Shown here: positions 25,618-39,035 of the stretch, piece by piece
Layout of the letters: each line of letters starts with the position of its first letter
Numbering within the stretch: position 1 is the stretch's first letter
Assembly (NCBI RefSeq): GCF_030028105.1
Contig: NC_092394.1
Span: 4,707,890 to 4,771,889 of the forward strand
Reading direction: 5' to 3'
DNA from: Mobula birostris
Lineage: Eukaryota
Length of the DNA stretch: 64,000 nucleotides
Made by a program: the position numbers and the translations under genes
Notes under the pieces: model-generated
Told to the model about the DNA's origin: nothing
Seen by the model: the letters and a program-made list of their open reading frames with translations, nothing else
Databases searched by the model: none

Positions 25618-26764
25618 TTGGGGGTGAATCCTTGTTCAGTGGGAATGTGTGTGCATGTCGGAATATGTTTCTGAACCTACTGATGGAGGAGAGGTTTCAC
25701 AGGGGTTATGTCCAAACATCAAACTCAGCCATCACCCACGTTGCACGTCTGGGTATAAATGGCCGAGAGTTACCATAGATCAGGTACCAACCCAAACCAT
25801 CTTTCCTGGGTCGTTGATCTGGTTTAAGACCATAAGACATCGAGTTTGCTTCACCATTCCACCATGGCTGACTTATTATCCCTGTCAACCCCATTCTCCT
25901 GCCTTCTCCCCGTAACCTTTGACACCCTGACTAATCAAGAACCTATCAACCTCCGCTTTAAATATACCCAATGACTTGGCCGCGACAGCTGCCTTTGGCA
26001 ATGAATTCCACAGATTCACCATCCCCTGGTGAAAGAAATTCCTCCTCATCTCTGTTAATTCCCATATTTCTACTTTGAGCCATAAACAGGGACCACAGAA
26101 ACAATCGACAAGATATTCTTCGTTATTTAATTGTCCATGTAAGGAAAATCATTATGTGCTACTTAACAAATAAAAAAAGTGCCAGAGATGTATTGTTGTC
26201 AAACATACTGAAATTTCAATCAGTTCTCGGGGGGGCAGCTGTTAATCAAGGCAGGGATACACAAGGTGAGATTGGTATGCGCTCATCAGTTTTATTTAGC
26301 GTGCTGTGGGTTACATTTTGCGGAGTGCTGTGTGCACTCCCCACACTCACGGCTAGTGTTCCCTGTGCCCAGGACTCAGAGTGTTAGAACACAGAATGCT
26401 ACAGCACAGTACAGGCCCTTCGGCCCACAGTGTTGTGCTGACCTTTTAACCCACTCTAAAATCAATCTAACCTTCCCTCCCACAGAACTCTCCATTTTTC
26501 TTTTATCCATGTGCTAATCAAAGAGCTTCCTAAACACCCCTAATGTATCTGCCTCTAGCACCAGACCTGGCAGGGTGTTCCACATGTCCACGTCACACTG
26601 TGTGAAAATCTACCTCTGACACCACCCCACCCCCCCATACTTTCCTCCAATCACCTTACAATTAAACAGTACAGGTACAGGTCCTTCAGTCCTCTGTCTT
26701 TGCCAATCAAGGTGCCTGCTTGAGCTAGGACTATTTCCGTTCTTTGGCCCATTTCACTCTAAAC

Positions 26765-26843
26765 CAGGGGTTCCCAACTTTTTTATGCCACAGACCAATA
26801 CCGTTAAGCAAGGGGCCCATCAGCACCAGCTTGGGAAGCTCTG
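26765..26843. mobile_element. 79-bp hAT-type MITE
   Basis: Imperfect TIRs caggggttcccaa / ttgggaagctctg. 8-bp TSD ctctaaac / ttctaaac (7/8 match). Confidence 0.7.
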
Positions 26844-27139
26844 TTCTAAACCCTCCCTATCCACAAGGCCAATCTTGTTGGCCGAGGGGGTCCTAAAGCT
26901 GTTTGTCAGGGCTCTGTGCATTGACAGCACATCGAGTGATGAACTGGCAGCACACGAGTGGGCCACAACCTGGAGCCAACATCCCACACTCCATCTCGTC
27001 ACTTGTCGAAGCCGGCAAGATTTTTCTGAATTACCTAGAATATTTAAGGGCAAAGTATGAAATTAATGCAATTTTAAATTTTAAAAAATGAAATGTAAAA
27101 TAAAATTAGTGTTTAAAGATAAAAGTTCATAAACATAAG

Positions 27140-28310
27140 ACAGTCGGCAGATGCTGGAAATCCATAGCAACACAGACAAAATGCTGGAGGAACTCAGCAG
27201 GTCAGGCAGCATCCGTGGAAATGAATAAACAGTCGATGTTTCAGGCCGAGACTCTTCACCAGGACCAGGATCAAGGAGGAAGGGGGAAGACAAAGAATAA
27301 GAAGGTGGTGGGAGGGCGAGGAGGACAGCTAGAAGGTGAAAGCTGAAGCCAGGTGGCTGGGAAAGGTAAAGGGCTGGAGAAGAAGGAACGTGAGAGGAGA
27401 GGAGAGTGGACCATGGGAAAAGGGAAGGGGGGGGTCACCAATGGGAAGTAACAGGCAGATGAGAAGAGGTAAAGGGCCAGAGTGGGGAATAGAAAAAGAG
27501 GGGAGGAGGAAGGAATTATTTTTTAACCAGAAGGACAAATTGATATTCATGCCATCAGGTTAGAGGCTACCTAGGCAGAATATGAGGTGTTGCTGCTCCA
27601 CCCTGAGGGTGCCCTCAACATGGCAGAGAGGAGGCCACAGGCTGAACGGGAATGAGAATCAGAATTAAAATGTTTGGCCTTCGGGAAGTTTAACTTTTGG
27701 TGGATGGAGTGGAGGTGCTTGACGAAGTCCTCCGATTTACGATGGGTTTCACCAGTGTAGAGGAGCCCACATCGGGAGCACTGGACACAATTGACAGCCC
27801 AAGCAGATTCTCAGATGAAATGTTCCTCACCTGGAAGGACCGTTTGAGGCCCTGAATGGAGGTGAATGGGCAGGAGTAGCACTTTGGCTACTTGCAGGGA
27901 TAAGTGCTGGGAGGGATGAGTGGTCAAGGGAATCGCGGAAGGAACAATCCCTGCAGAAAGCAGAGGAGGGGAGGTAAAGAGCTGTTCAGTGAAGGGATTC
28001 CTGAGGAGATGGTGGACGTTGAGGATGGTGTTTTGGATGCAGAGGCTCATGGGTGGTATGTAGGGACAAGAGGAACTCTATTACTGTTAAGGTGGCAGGA
28101 AGATAGGGTGAGCACGGGTGTTCGGGAAATGGAGGAGATGCAGGTGAGGGCATCATCAATAGTAGAGGGAGGGAAACTCAGTTCTTTAAAGGAGGAGGAC
28201 ATCTCTGATGAGAACAGATGTGGCAGAGGTGAGAAAAGGGAATTGCATTTTGACAGGAGATAGGTTGGGAAGCAGTCTAGTCAAGATAACCGTGGCAATC
28301 AGTAGATTTA
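27140..28310 (-). mobile_element. Penelope-like element 3' portion with decayed hammerhead
   Basis: Reverse complement of the pLTR/GIY-YIG region seen at 300-860. gtcctggtgaagagtctcggcctgaaacatcgact on the minus strand at ~27231-27265. Confidence 0.7.
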
Positions 28311-28317
28311 TAACCCT

Positions 28318-28457
28318 ACCCGGGGAGGGACACAGAGTGTGGGATACTCTCCGGGGGGGGACAGAGTGTGTGGGACACTCACCCGGGGGGGGGACACAGA
28401 GTGTGGGACACTCTCCCGGGGAGGGACACAGAGTGTGGGGCACTCTCCCGGGGAGGG
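28318..28457. repeat. ~31-bp tandem repeat, about 4 copies
   Basis: Unit cccggggagggacacagagtgtgggacactct. Confidence 0.85.
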
Positions 28458-28574
28458 TGGGAGAGGCAAAGACATTAGAGACATTTAAGAGACTCTTAGA
28501 TTGGAACATGAATGATAAAAATGGAGGGCGATGTAGGAAGGAAGGGTTAGATTGATCTCAGAGTAGGTTAAAGC

Positions 28575-29510
28575 TCTACTCGCTTTACACCTGTGACTGT
28601 GTGGCTAAGTACAAGCTTGGTGATGACACCACTGTTGTGGGCCGTATCAAAGGCGGTGATAAATCAGCATACTGGACAGAGAATGAAAATTTGACTGACT
28701 GAAGTAATAACAACAACCTCTCACTCAATGTCAGTAAGACCATGGAACTGATTGTACACTTCAGGAGAGGGAAACCAGAGGTCCATGAGCCAGTAATCAT
28801 CAGAAGATGAGGGATGGAGAGGGTCAGTAACTTTTAATTCTGGGTGTCCCTATCTCAGTGGACCTGTCCTGGACGGATCATATAAACATAATTGCGAAGA
28901 AAGCACAACAGCACCTCTATTTCCTCAGGAGTCTGTGGAGATTTGGCATGTCATCAAAAACCTTGGCAAATGTGTGCTGGACAGTGTACTGACTGGCTGC
29001 ATTATGGCCTGGTATGGGAACACCAATGCCTTTGAGCAGAAATTCCTACAAAAGGTAGTGGATTTGGCCCAGTACATCACAGGTAAAACCCTCCCAACCA
29101 TTGAGCACATCTACATAAAATGCTGCCTTAGAAAAACAGCATCCATCGTCAAAGTTCCTCACCACCCAGGCCATGCTCTTTTCTCACTGCTGCCATCAGG
29201 TAGAAGGTACAAGAGCCTCAGACCTGCACCACCAGGTTCAAGAACATTTACTACCCTTCAACCATCAGGCTGTTGAACAAAAGGGGATTCCTACACTCAC
29301 CTAAGGACTCTTTTATCTTGTTATTTCATGCTCTCATTGTTTATTCCTATTTATTTATATTTGTATCTGCACAGTTTGTTGTCTATTGATCCTGTTTACA
29401 GTTACTGTTCTATAGATTTGCTAAGTATGCCCACAGGAAATAGAATCACGGGGTTGAATGTGGTGACATTAGGTACTCTGATAATAAATTTTGCTTTGAA
29501 CTTTGAACTT
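28575..29510 (+). mobile_element. Rex1-like LINE 3' fragment (same family as 16780-18062)
   Basis: GCIMAWYGNTNAFE...HHPGHALFSLLPSGRRYKSLR, with a (ttgaact)n tail. Confidence 0.85.
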
Positions 29511-31242
29511 TAAAGGGTCGGCACAGCATTGTGGGCTGAAGGGCCAGTGGTGTGCTGTACCGTTCTGTGGTGGGCCCCTTGGGGACTGAAGTGTATCATG
29601 GACAAGGATTTAGCTGATATTTTAATGACATGTAAATAATGAACTGATGATGATGTAAGTGTGCAAATAGATTGCTCGTTTAGAAGAGTCTGCGGTAAGA
29701 TCAGAAACATTTATTCAGTGAGCAGGGGCTGACTCCTCCTGACGAATTCCAGTTGAAGTATCAGTGAACAACTGAATCCATTACTGTCTGCAGCTGTCCT
29801 TGAGAGCATACTGCATTTCACTGAGCGTAGCCTTCGCACTGACCAAACTCACTGTACACTCACTCCAGGCTGTGGAGGAGCCTCGTGATACAGCCAGGGG
29901 ATGAGAGGATCTCTCGATCTAAGCAGTGTATTATCCTCCCTCCCTTTCTAGTTCAGGCAAATAACATCACATCCATTATCAAAGTGTTGGGACTTAACCT
30001 CTTCCTGTCTGTTCCCACTCACTCAGTTACTAGCCAGCTCCTGGTGAGATCTGCTCTCGAGAGAGAGAGAGAGAGGGAGCACTGACTTGGGTTCGAAGGA
30101 CAGCTGTGAGGAGGATTCCTAGGGTGGGTGTGATCAAAACACAGACTCCTCCCTACCCACTTACCCCCGCCCCCCTCGGACCTTTCAGCATTCTGCTGCT
30201 ACCTCAGTATGTCCCCAGGAGTTATTGGGTGCTGTTCAGTGACGTTTTCTTAACCTCGAAGGCTCAGGTAGGGCTTTTTAAATTATCCTTTGGAGCAAAT
30301 TTCAGATGTCAAGGGAGCAGTTTTAACTGAAGGTGACTAGTGGCTGTGAGTGGACAGATCTCTGTACACTTTTACTCTCCTCTCCTGAGCATTCTTAACC
30401 TCTCCCACGCATACCTTCCCTGCGCTGTGTCCCGTTAGGAGCTCTAAGTGACACTACAGTACAACAGGACATACAGGAGCAGGACCTGTGCCTAACCGAT
30501 TACAACAGTGATGCTTGATTACATCAATCGATTCAGATTTATCTATCAGTCGTACATCAAAACGGTGAAATGTGTTGTTCACATCCGACAAAACCTGAGG
30601 ATGTGCTGGGGGCAGCCTGCAAGTGTCGCCACACATTCCGGCATAAAATCGCATGGTCAGCAGAACGACACAGAACACAACAAACAACAACAGCAAAAAA
30701 GCCCTGTTCCTCCCTCTCACACACACAGCCCTCCAATCCCAGGGCAAACAGGCTGCCTCCGGGCTTCCAGCCTCCAGGTTCAACTCCCCCCCTGGACTTG
30801 CAGACACAGGGCTTCGGCTACTGGGCCTCAACTTCCCGACTTTTACCTTCACGTTGTCCATTCACGTGCCTTTCTAAAACTTCTAGACACCTCAGTCATA
30901 TCTGCCATGACAGTGCATTCCAGGCACCCGCCAAACCCTTGCCCTGCACATTTCCCTTGAACTTACCCCCCCCCCCCCACCGTCGGCACCGCAGGAGTGG
31001 TTAGCATTACCAGCACTCGAGGTTTCATCCCTGCTGCTGTCTGTCTACAGGACCCTTAACAGTGTTGGTGAGCAGAGGGGTCTTGAGGTCCAAGTTCATA
31101 GCTCCCTGAAAGTTTGCTAGGGTGGTTAAGAAGGCATATGGAATGTTTGCCTTTATCAGTCGGGGCATTGAGTTCAGAAGTCAGCAAGTTATACCGCAAC
31201 TTTATAAAACTCTAGTTAGGCTGCAAAGCTCTAGCTTGGTTC

Positions 31243-31990
31243 CTTAAGATTGTTAAAGCCGGGGTTGGTAATGGGGACAAGCTCCCACTACCTATGAAAT
31301 GCTCTCAATGGTGTGTGCCTCAAATAGCCTCTGACAACAAGTCCAGCTTCTGACCTTCACATGTGGCTTGGCTACTAAGCCTGGTGAACCATTTCTACTG
31401 ACAGGAGAAGGAGCAGAGGCAGGTTACTGGTGCCTTAAAACCAGTCGCTTCGGGCAGACGGGGCTCGTCAGCCGTGGTTGGCAGCTCATCTAGGAGAAGG
31501 TAAACTCTGATCTGAAACTTCCACTGCCTTGCATCTCTACCTGTGGACTGCTCTGCCTCAGAAGGCAGGAGGCCAATTCTCTGGATGCTTTCAAGAAAGA
31601 GTTAGATAGAGCTCTTAATGATAGCGGAGTCGAGGGATATGGGGAGAAGGCAGGAACGGGGTACTGATTGTGGATGATCAGCCATGATCACAGTGAATGG
31701 CGGTGCTGGCTCAAAGGGCCGAATGGTCTACTCCTGCACCTATTGTCTATTGTCTACCCACTCATGGGGAAGGCTTCGTGAGTAAACCCCAAGGGAAAAT
31801 TCCGGAGCTGGAGTCCCTAAGGCAGTCCTGTGTTAAGTTCAACGCTGATGCCGTTGGCGCCAAACTGTTCCTTTGGGTTCATCAGATGTGTGGACAACAG
31901 CTCGCTCTCCATATTGTGCTGCCCAGGCTGACGTATCTGGACAGGTAGGACACAAGGTTCATGTTTGACTCTGACCGACGGAGACCTTAC
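31243..31990 (+). mobile_element. Interspersed repeat with RTE-5'-like motifs, second copy at 38488-39035; this copy is interrupted by a CR1 3' tail (~31540-31755)
   Basis: Long direct similarity between the two loci, including ctaggagaaggtaaactctgatc. Confidence 0.6.
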
Positions 31991-33904
31991 TCAGTTAGGC
32001 TGCTTATAGTTCTGGTCACACCGTTATAGGAAGGATGTCAAGTTTGTGGAGACGGTGTGATCGAGGTTTTACCAGGATGGTGCTTCGATTAGAGGGCTTG
32101 TGATATAACAAGAGGTTTTAGAATAGTACAGCACAGTACAGGCCCTTCGGCCCACAATGTTGTGCCAACCCTCAAACCCTGCCTCCCATATAACCCTCCA
32201 CCTTAAATTCCTCCATTTAAGGTTGGTCAAACTTGAGCGGCGGAGGCTGAGGGAGATCTGACAGGGGTTTAGAAGATTATGAGGGGTGATTGATTGAATG
32301 GACAGACAATATCTTTTTCTCAGGGTTGAAATGTCTAATACCAGAGGCCATGCATTGAAGGTCAGAGGGGGTAAATTTAAAGGAGATGTGGGGTAAGTTT
32401 CCTACACAGAGAGAGGTGGGCGCCTGGCATGCACAGCCTGGGGTGGTGGTAGACACAGATGCATTAGAGACTTCTAACAGACGTTTAGATAGGCGCAACA
32501 ATGTGAGGAAAATGGAAGGATATGGGCATTGTGTGGGCAGCAGAGGTTAGACTTGATTGCTAATTTAACTGGTTTGGCACAGCACTGGGGGCTGAAGGGC
32601 CGGGTATGGTGCTGTATGTTCTGTGTTCTGTGATTCTCTATGTTCTCCCTGTGACCATGGTGGCTTTCCTCCATGTGCTCCAGTTAACTCCCCACCCCAC
32701 CCCTCCCAATCCAAGTTGTGGGTATGATGTGTTGGTGCTGGAAGCATGGTGACACTTGTGGGCTGCCCCCAGCACGCGCTCAGCCCACGTCAGTTGTTGA
32801 CGCAAACCACACATTTCACTGTACGTGAGAAATAAAGCTTATCTTTAACTCTCTAGCACTGTATCAGATATTTTGACCCGAGAAGAAAGATGCCAGTTAT
32901 CTGTTGTATCAAAGTATCCCACAATTTTACAAGCCTCTATTAACTTCCTGAACTTGCAATCAATTGAAATTTTAAAAATGCATTTTATTTGGGAATTGTT
33001 CTGTTTCAGCAGAGCTTGGATTACATGATTTAGTAGAACATACAGCACAGTACAGGCCCTTCAGCCCATCATGTGCTGGCCTTTTAACCTACTCCAAGAT
33101 CAATCTAACCCTTCCTCCCTACATAGCCTCCATTTGCTATCATCTGTGTGCCTCAGACATCCCTCCCCCTCTCCCATAACCTTTACTCTAATCGGCTATG
33201 TTGAAGAATAGAAGGTTCCCACAATAGCAGTCACTATTCAGTGGAGGGGAGAAGTTGAGTGAGGTCGGGCTTTTCTCTTTGGAGTGGAGGAGGATGAGGG
33301 GTGAGTGATGGAGGTGTACAACATGGAAATGGTTAATAAAAGGGAGCATAATGATAGAAAACTGGAGGGCTACATAGGAGGGAAGGATTAGATTGAACTT
33401 GGAGTGTTTTCAAGGGCAGCACAATATCATGGGCCGAATGGCCTGTACTGTGCTGTAGTATTCAATGTTCTAAAATGGTGAGTGTGTGTCTTCAGACTCC
33501 TGTAGTAACAGGTGAGGGTCCCTAATGACAGATGCTGCCTTTTTGAGGCATCACCTCCTCAAGATGTCCTCGATGCTGGGGAGGCTGGTGCCCATAATGG
33601 AGCTGGCTGAGTTTACAACCCTCTGCAGCTTTTCCCGATCCTGTGCAGAGGCCCCTCCACACCAGACGGTGATGTACCAGTTAGAATGCTCTCCACGATA
33701 CATCTGTAGAGATTTGCCAGAGTCTTTGGTGACAGACCAAGTCTCCTCAAACTCTAGTGATGTACAGCCAGTGATGTGCCTTCTTCGTGATTGCATCAGG
33801 GCGTTGAACCTCCGAGAAGTTTTGTTGTTTATTGAGATACAGAGCGGAATCGGCCCCTCGAGCCGCACCGCCCAGCAACTCCCCAGTAATCGCAGGACAG
33901 GTTA

Positions 33905-34075
33905 CCATTTAACATAACAGCCAGTGTATCTTTGGACTGTGGGAGGGAACCGGAGCACCTGGAGGAAACCCACGCAGTCACAGGGAGAATGTACAAACTC
34001 CTTACAGGCAGTGGCGGGAATTGAACCTGGGTCACCGGTACTGTAAAGCGTTGTGTTAACCACTCTGCTATCATG
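33905..34075 (-). mobile_element. tRNA-derived V-SINE (HE1-like); further copies at ~24560-24760, 25000-25130, 45441-45720, 46000-46205, 48860-49090, 53630-53840, 61200-61360, 62375-62520
   Basis: tRNA-like head with B box ggttcaattcc, plus the V-domain gtttgtacattctccctgtgactgcgtgggtttcctccaggtgctccggtt...cccacagtccaaaga. Confidence 0.75.
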
Positions 34076-34707
34076 GTCTTCCCGTAAGATCCCAGCTCAG
34101 TGATGGTCTCCACCTCTGCCAGGAAGAGGCGAGCTTTTTTTAGAGAAGGATTGAATCTGAAAGCAGTCTCCATCTAATTTAAGAGACCAGGAAAAATCAA
34201 CTACTGACGAACTTCAAATCCCAGTGCCACACTGCTGGTCATTTCTGGTAATTAAGCTGGTATCATAGACTGAAGCACTTAAATGTCTTATCTTTATGTG
34301 TTTAAATATTTAATAAGATGGATTTATGAGTGATGTTTGGAACCTGTTTACAGTGAAGAAGTTGTCTCGCAGACCGTTCATGCAGATCATTTTTTACAAC
34401 AGTGAAGTGAGGTGGGACAGGGAACACAATAGCAGAACTCAGAATAAAGTGTTACAATACAGAGAAAGAGCAGCACAGTCAGACAATAAGATGCAAAGTC
34501 ATAGCAAAGTAAACTGTGAGGTCAAGAGTCCTTGTACTAGGAGACCATTCAATATCCTCACAACAACAGGATAGAAATGTCTTTGAGCCTGGTGGGACGT
34601 GCTTTCAGGCTCTTGTATCTTCTGCCCGATGGGAGAGGGCAGAAGAGAGAACGTCCTGGGTGGGTGGGGCCTTTGATTATGTTGGCTACTTTACTGAGGC
34701 ACCTCCA

Positions 34708-34955
34708 AGGGGTCCACAACCTTGTCGTCAGCTTTAGAGGCTTGTGTGCCTCAATGACTGGGAGAGCTATGTCGGCTGGAGGCAGGGCCTCATGCTTTGA
34801 CTCTCGGTAGGGTCACCCATGCCATACAGCTCAAAGGGTAGAGGCCAGACTAAGAGTGGTCCACCGCTCCTCCAGGTTCGTAGGTTCAGCTCAGGGCCAA
34901 CGATCCTGACTGGTGAAACAAAACATTGTTACGGAAAAAGCAATGAAGAATCCTT
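34708..34955 (+). mobile_element. RTE (Expander/BovB-like) 5' head fragment
   Basis: accttgtcgtc...ggcttgtgtgcctcaatgac...gagctatg...gtagggtcacccatg resembles RTE 5' UTRs. Confidence 0.5.
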
Positions 34956-36027
34956 CTGTACTGAGGCAGAGCTAAGTGTAGACAGGTTTTGTGTGTATGT
35001 AGCTGTTTTGTCTCTGACAACCTCAGGGGCTGTTTAAGCCGGGGCTCTGCTCACCTCTTGCTGCTGCCTCACTGGGTTCAGGAAGGCTACCGGAGCCACC
35101 CAGTTGATGTTCAGAGATGCACGTGGAGAAAGTCCACTCAGTCCATTCAGCAGGTGCTAGTTTTTGTAATAATTGCCTGGTATATCCTGTTCCTGAGGGA
35201 CACTTTCCCTAGAGCCCCTAGGCCGGAGCCAGGAGGTCCACTCCAGCCTGCTGTGCATTTCATTGTAGAGGCTGGGGGGTGGGGTGGTGCTGCGTGGCGA
35301 TACTCCAGCGTGGTACCATCAGTGTGAGTGAACTTCTAGATATGTCTTTACCCAATTCCTCTTCTGGAAGTTCCCAGTTCATCACAGAGTGAAGGGTCTG
35401 TTTCTGTGTTGTTGTGCTCTACCTTGTGAACCTGTTTCCTTGATGCAGATCACTACAAAATACTTATCTCTCTCCCCTCGTTGTCTTGCCAGCAGGAGCA
35501 GTCTCTCCCAACTGGCTCCATTACAGCCTTGTCTTCCCAGATGAGCACAGACCTGATTCTCTTCACACAGCACAGCTCATATACTGTATGCTTCACAGTC
35601 ACGATAGCAGAAAAAAATATATACGGTCACACTAAAAAATAATCTAGCCCAAGACTATGCCTGAGTGTCATGGCCTGAAGGTCGATGGTGCTTGATGGGG
35701 TGTGTCCTGGAACCTCGGTCCTGCAAGGACAACTCATCGCGCACTAGTGCCGCCGCAGACGAATGCAATCCAGCTTGTCTTCCACCCAGCGAATGTGTGC
35801 TTTGTGCTGTGTGTGACTGTCGGTTCTGTGTTTTGCACCTTGGCCTGGGAGGAATGCTGTTTCACTTGGCTGTATTCCTACGTCTGGTTGAATGACAATT
35901 AAATCCAAACTTAGCTTCAACTTCTACGTTGTGATATTTGTTGTTTGGTGGCATCAGTGCAGAGATATAAAAATGACCATAAGTTACAAAAATAAATAAG
36001 TAGAGCAAAATAGATAGATAGATAGAC

Positions 36028-36720
36028 ATACTTTATTGATCCCGAGGGAAATTGGGTTTCGTTACAGCTGCACCAACCAAGAACAGAGTACAAACGTAGC
36101 AATGCAAAACCACAAACAATTAAATAATAATATGTAAACCATGCCAGACAAAAATAAGTCCAGGACCAGCCCATTGGCCCAGGGTGTCTGACCCTCCAAG
36201 GGAGGAGCTGCAAAGTGTGATGGCCACAGGCAGGAATGACTTCCCATGACGCTCAGTGCTGCATCCCGGTGGAATGAGTCTCTGGCTGAATGTACTCCTG
36301 TGCCCAACGGTGTAAATGGTGTTACACGCCGACGTCGGGTTGGCAGAGGGAGGGATGTACCCAACAACCACAATTGCATGTGAGATTTCCCTTGGCAAAT
36401 AATATGGCTGGAGTCCAACAGCAAAAAGTTCAATATCCGGGCTACAAACATGTTCCTTGATCGTAATATGACCCGGATTGCACCATCTGTTGTTAACCAG
36501 AACAGTAAGCCCCCCCTCCTTTACGCTTACCGCTCTCAGTGCACTTCCGGTCAGCCCGAACGGTCTGGAAGCCCTTTATGGAAACATTCTGGTTGGGTAT
36601 GTCCTCTTGCAGCCACATTTCAGTAAAACACATAACACTGCTCTCCCGAAATGTTCTCTGACTCCTGGCTAGCGCTGTCAACTCGTCCATTTTATTACTC
36701 AGTGATCTCACATTGCCCAT
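36028..36720 (-). mobile_element. Internally deleted non-LTR element: APE endonuclease N-terminus joined to the 3' end
   Basis: MGNVRSLSNKMDEL...CFTEMWL...GGG.. and YIPPSAN, followed directly by GHRSTFSQRL...KSFLPVAI. The 3' part matches 52841-53115. Confidence 0.8.
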
Positions 36721-38487
36721 AATGAGGAATAGGAATAGAGTTCATGGGTTCATGGACCGTTCAGAAATCTGATGGCCAAGGGGAAGAAGCTATTCCCAAA
36801 ATGTTGAGTGTGATTTTTCAGGTTCCTGTATCTTCTCCCTGATGGAGAGATTGAAGGGTTATTTTAAAGGAAGGGAGAAATAGGGAGATTTAGGAAGGAA
36901 ATTTCAGAGCTTTAGGCTGGAGAGCTGGAGGGTGGTGGTGAAGGGAGGTGCTTGGTTTTATTCACCTTTGGCACCTCCTGACCAATCTGTGGGGGAGTTC
37001 AACATCCCACACTGGCCACTGGAATCCAACCAACAGTGTGGAATCTCTTAAGTTTCTGAAAACACTCAGTTTACTCCACAGCAGATTTATCACTGTCCGA
37101 ACAAAACCCATTTTTCTCCCACCTGGTTTCAGTTTCGTTCACTGCCCTCCTTCGGCCTGTGGGCATGACCTTGACTCAATCTCCGTCCGATCTGCACTCA
37201 GTCCTGGTAATTGTCGGCCCCAAACACCCGCCCAGCGGCTGCACATTCAATAGCAAATTATCGCAATTTGAGCCAAAGCCTGTCTTAAAACCATTAATGT
37301 CAGTGCTGATCTGAGCAAGGTGCCAACGGTAATTCAGTCTGAAAGGCAGTGATGTTGGCGAGCAGGCAAATGCACCGAGTCCCACAAGACTCAGAGAAGG
37401 GAAAGGGCAAGACATTGTAATAACAGCAGCACACACAAAATGCTGGAGGAATTCAGCAGGTGAGGCAGAATTCATGGAAATGAATAAACAGTCAACGTTT
37501 CTGCCCGAGGCCCTTCATCAAGACTGGAAACGGAAGGGGGAAGAAGCGGGAATAAGAAGTTGGAGGGAAGGGGAATGTCAGACAGTCAAGATGTATGAAA
37601 GCCTCCAAGCTGATGACATGAATATCAATTTCTGTAACTGCTAGTAATTTCTCCCACCTTCCCCTTCTCTGTTTTTCCATTCCACATCCTGGTTCCTCTC
37701 TCACCCCTTCTCTTCTCCTCAGCTGCCCATCACCTTCCCCCAGTGCTGCTCCTCCTTCCCTTTCTCCCAAGGTCCACTCTCCTCTCCTATCAAATTCCTC
37801 TTTCTTCAGCCCTTCATCTCTTCCACCAATCGCCTCTCAGCTTCTTACTCCTTCCATCCCTCTTCCCCCGCCCCCCACCTTCCCCTCACCTGGTATTGCA
37901 TTTTGTGTGTCTGTAACACCACATAATCCCACCTCCCAGCACTGAGCCCAGAGACTGTTCAGGAACACATCTGAGAACTCCCACCCCTTCCGAGAGGATG
38001 ACAACAAAAAATCCACCCCCCTCCCCAATCTAACCCTTCCAGTAATTATGGCAAATCCATGTCCATTGGATTCGAGCCCCTGTCTAAGGGAAATGCATGC
38101 TTTTTACTTGCACTCAAAATTATACAGACCTCAATGAAGTCTTCTCTAACTTAGTTAAATCTCCCCCAAACTATCTCTATGATTTGGTTCCAAGTGTCAC
38201 CTTCCTCTCCTATCGGATTCCACCATCTGCAGCTCTCTGTCACCTCCAAGCCTCTGTCCCAAGTTCAAAGTAAATTTATTACCAAAGGGCACCTACTCTG
38301 AGAATCATTTCCTTGCTTGCATTTAATAAGTAAGAATAACTGATTTATCGAGCACTTTTCATCCAGATAGTGAGGTTCAAAGTGCTTTACAATGGGATAA
38401 AATGTGAAAATAAAAGGCAAAAAGATGTAAGTTAAAGCAAGGTTAAATAAATAGGTTTTGAGCTGGTGTTTAAAAGTCTCAGTTGCT

Positions 38488-39035
38488 TAAGGTTGTTATA
38501 GCTGGAGGTCATAGTGGGGATAAGCTCCCACTACCTATTAAATGCTCCCAATGGCGTGCACTCAAATAGCCTCTGACAACCAAGTCCAGCTCCTGTCCTT
38601 CACGTGTGGCTTAGTGACTAAGCCCAGTGGAACCATTTCTACCGAAAGGAGAAGGGGCAAAGATAGGTTACTGGTGCCTTAAAACCAGCCGCTTCGGGCA
38701 GATGGGGGTTGGCAGCTCGTCTAGGAGAAGGTAAACTCTGATCTTAAATGTCCACTGCCTTGCAGCTCTACCCACTCATGGGAAAGGTTTTAGGAGTAAA
38801 CCCCGAAGGAAAAATCCAGAGGCAGTCAGTCTCACGTTGAGCTCAACGCTGACTGGCAGCTCCTGTGACAACGCTGGTACCAAACTGTGTCAGTCTCTAC
38901 CATTCCTTTGGGTTTATCAGATGCGTGGGGAGCAAAAGCAACAGCGCGCTCTCCATATTGTACTGCCCAGGCTTGCGTATCTAGATTGCTAGGATGCAAC
39001 ATCCACGGTTGACCCCGATGGATGGAGGCCTCACT
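38488..39035 (+). mobile_element. Second copy of the 31243 repeat family
   Basis: Direct sequence similarity over ~550 bp. Confidence 0.65.

Noticed and set aside
33905-34075. tRNA gene
   Set aside because: tRNA-like head is part of a V-SINE; no complete cloverleaf.
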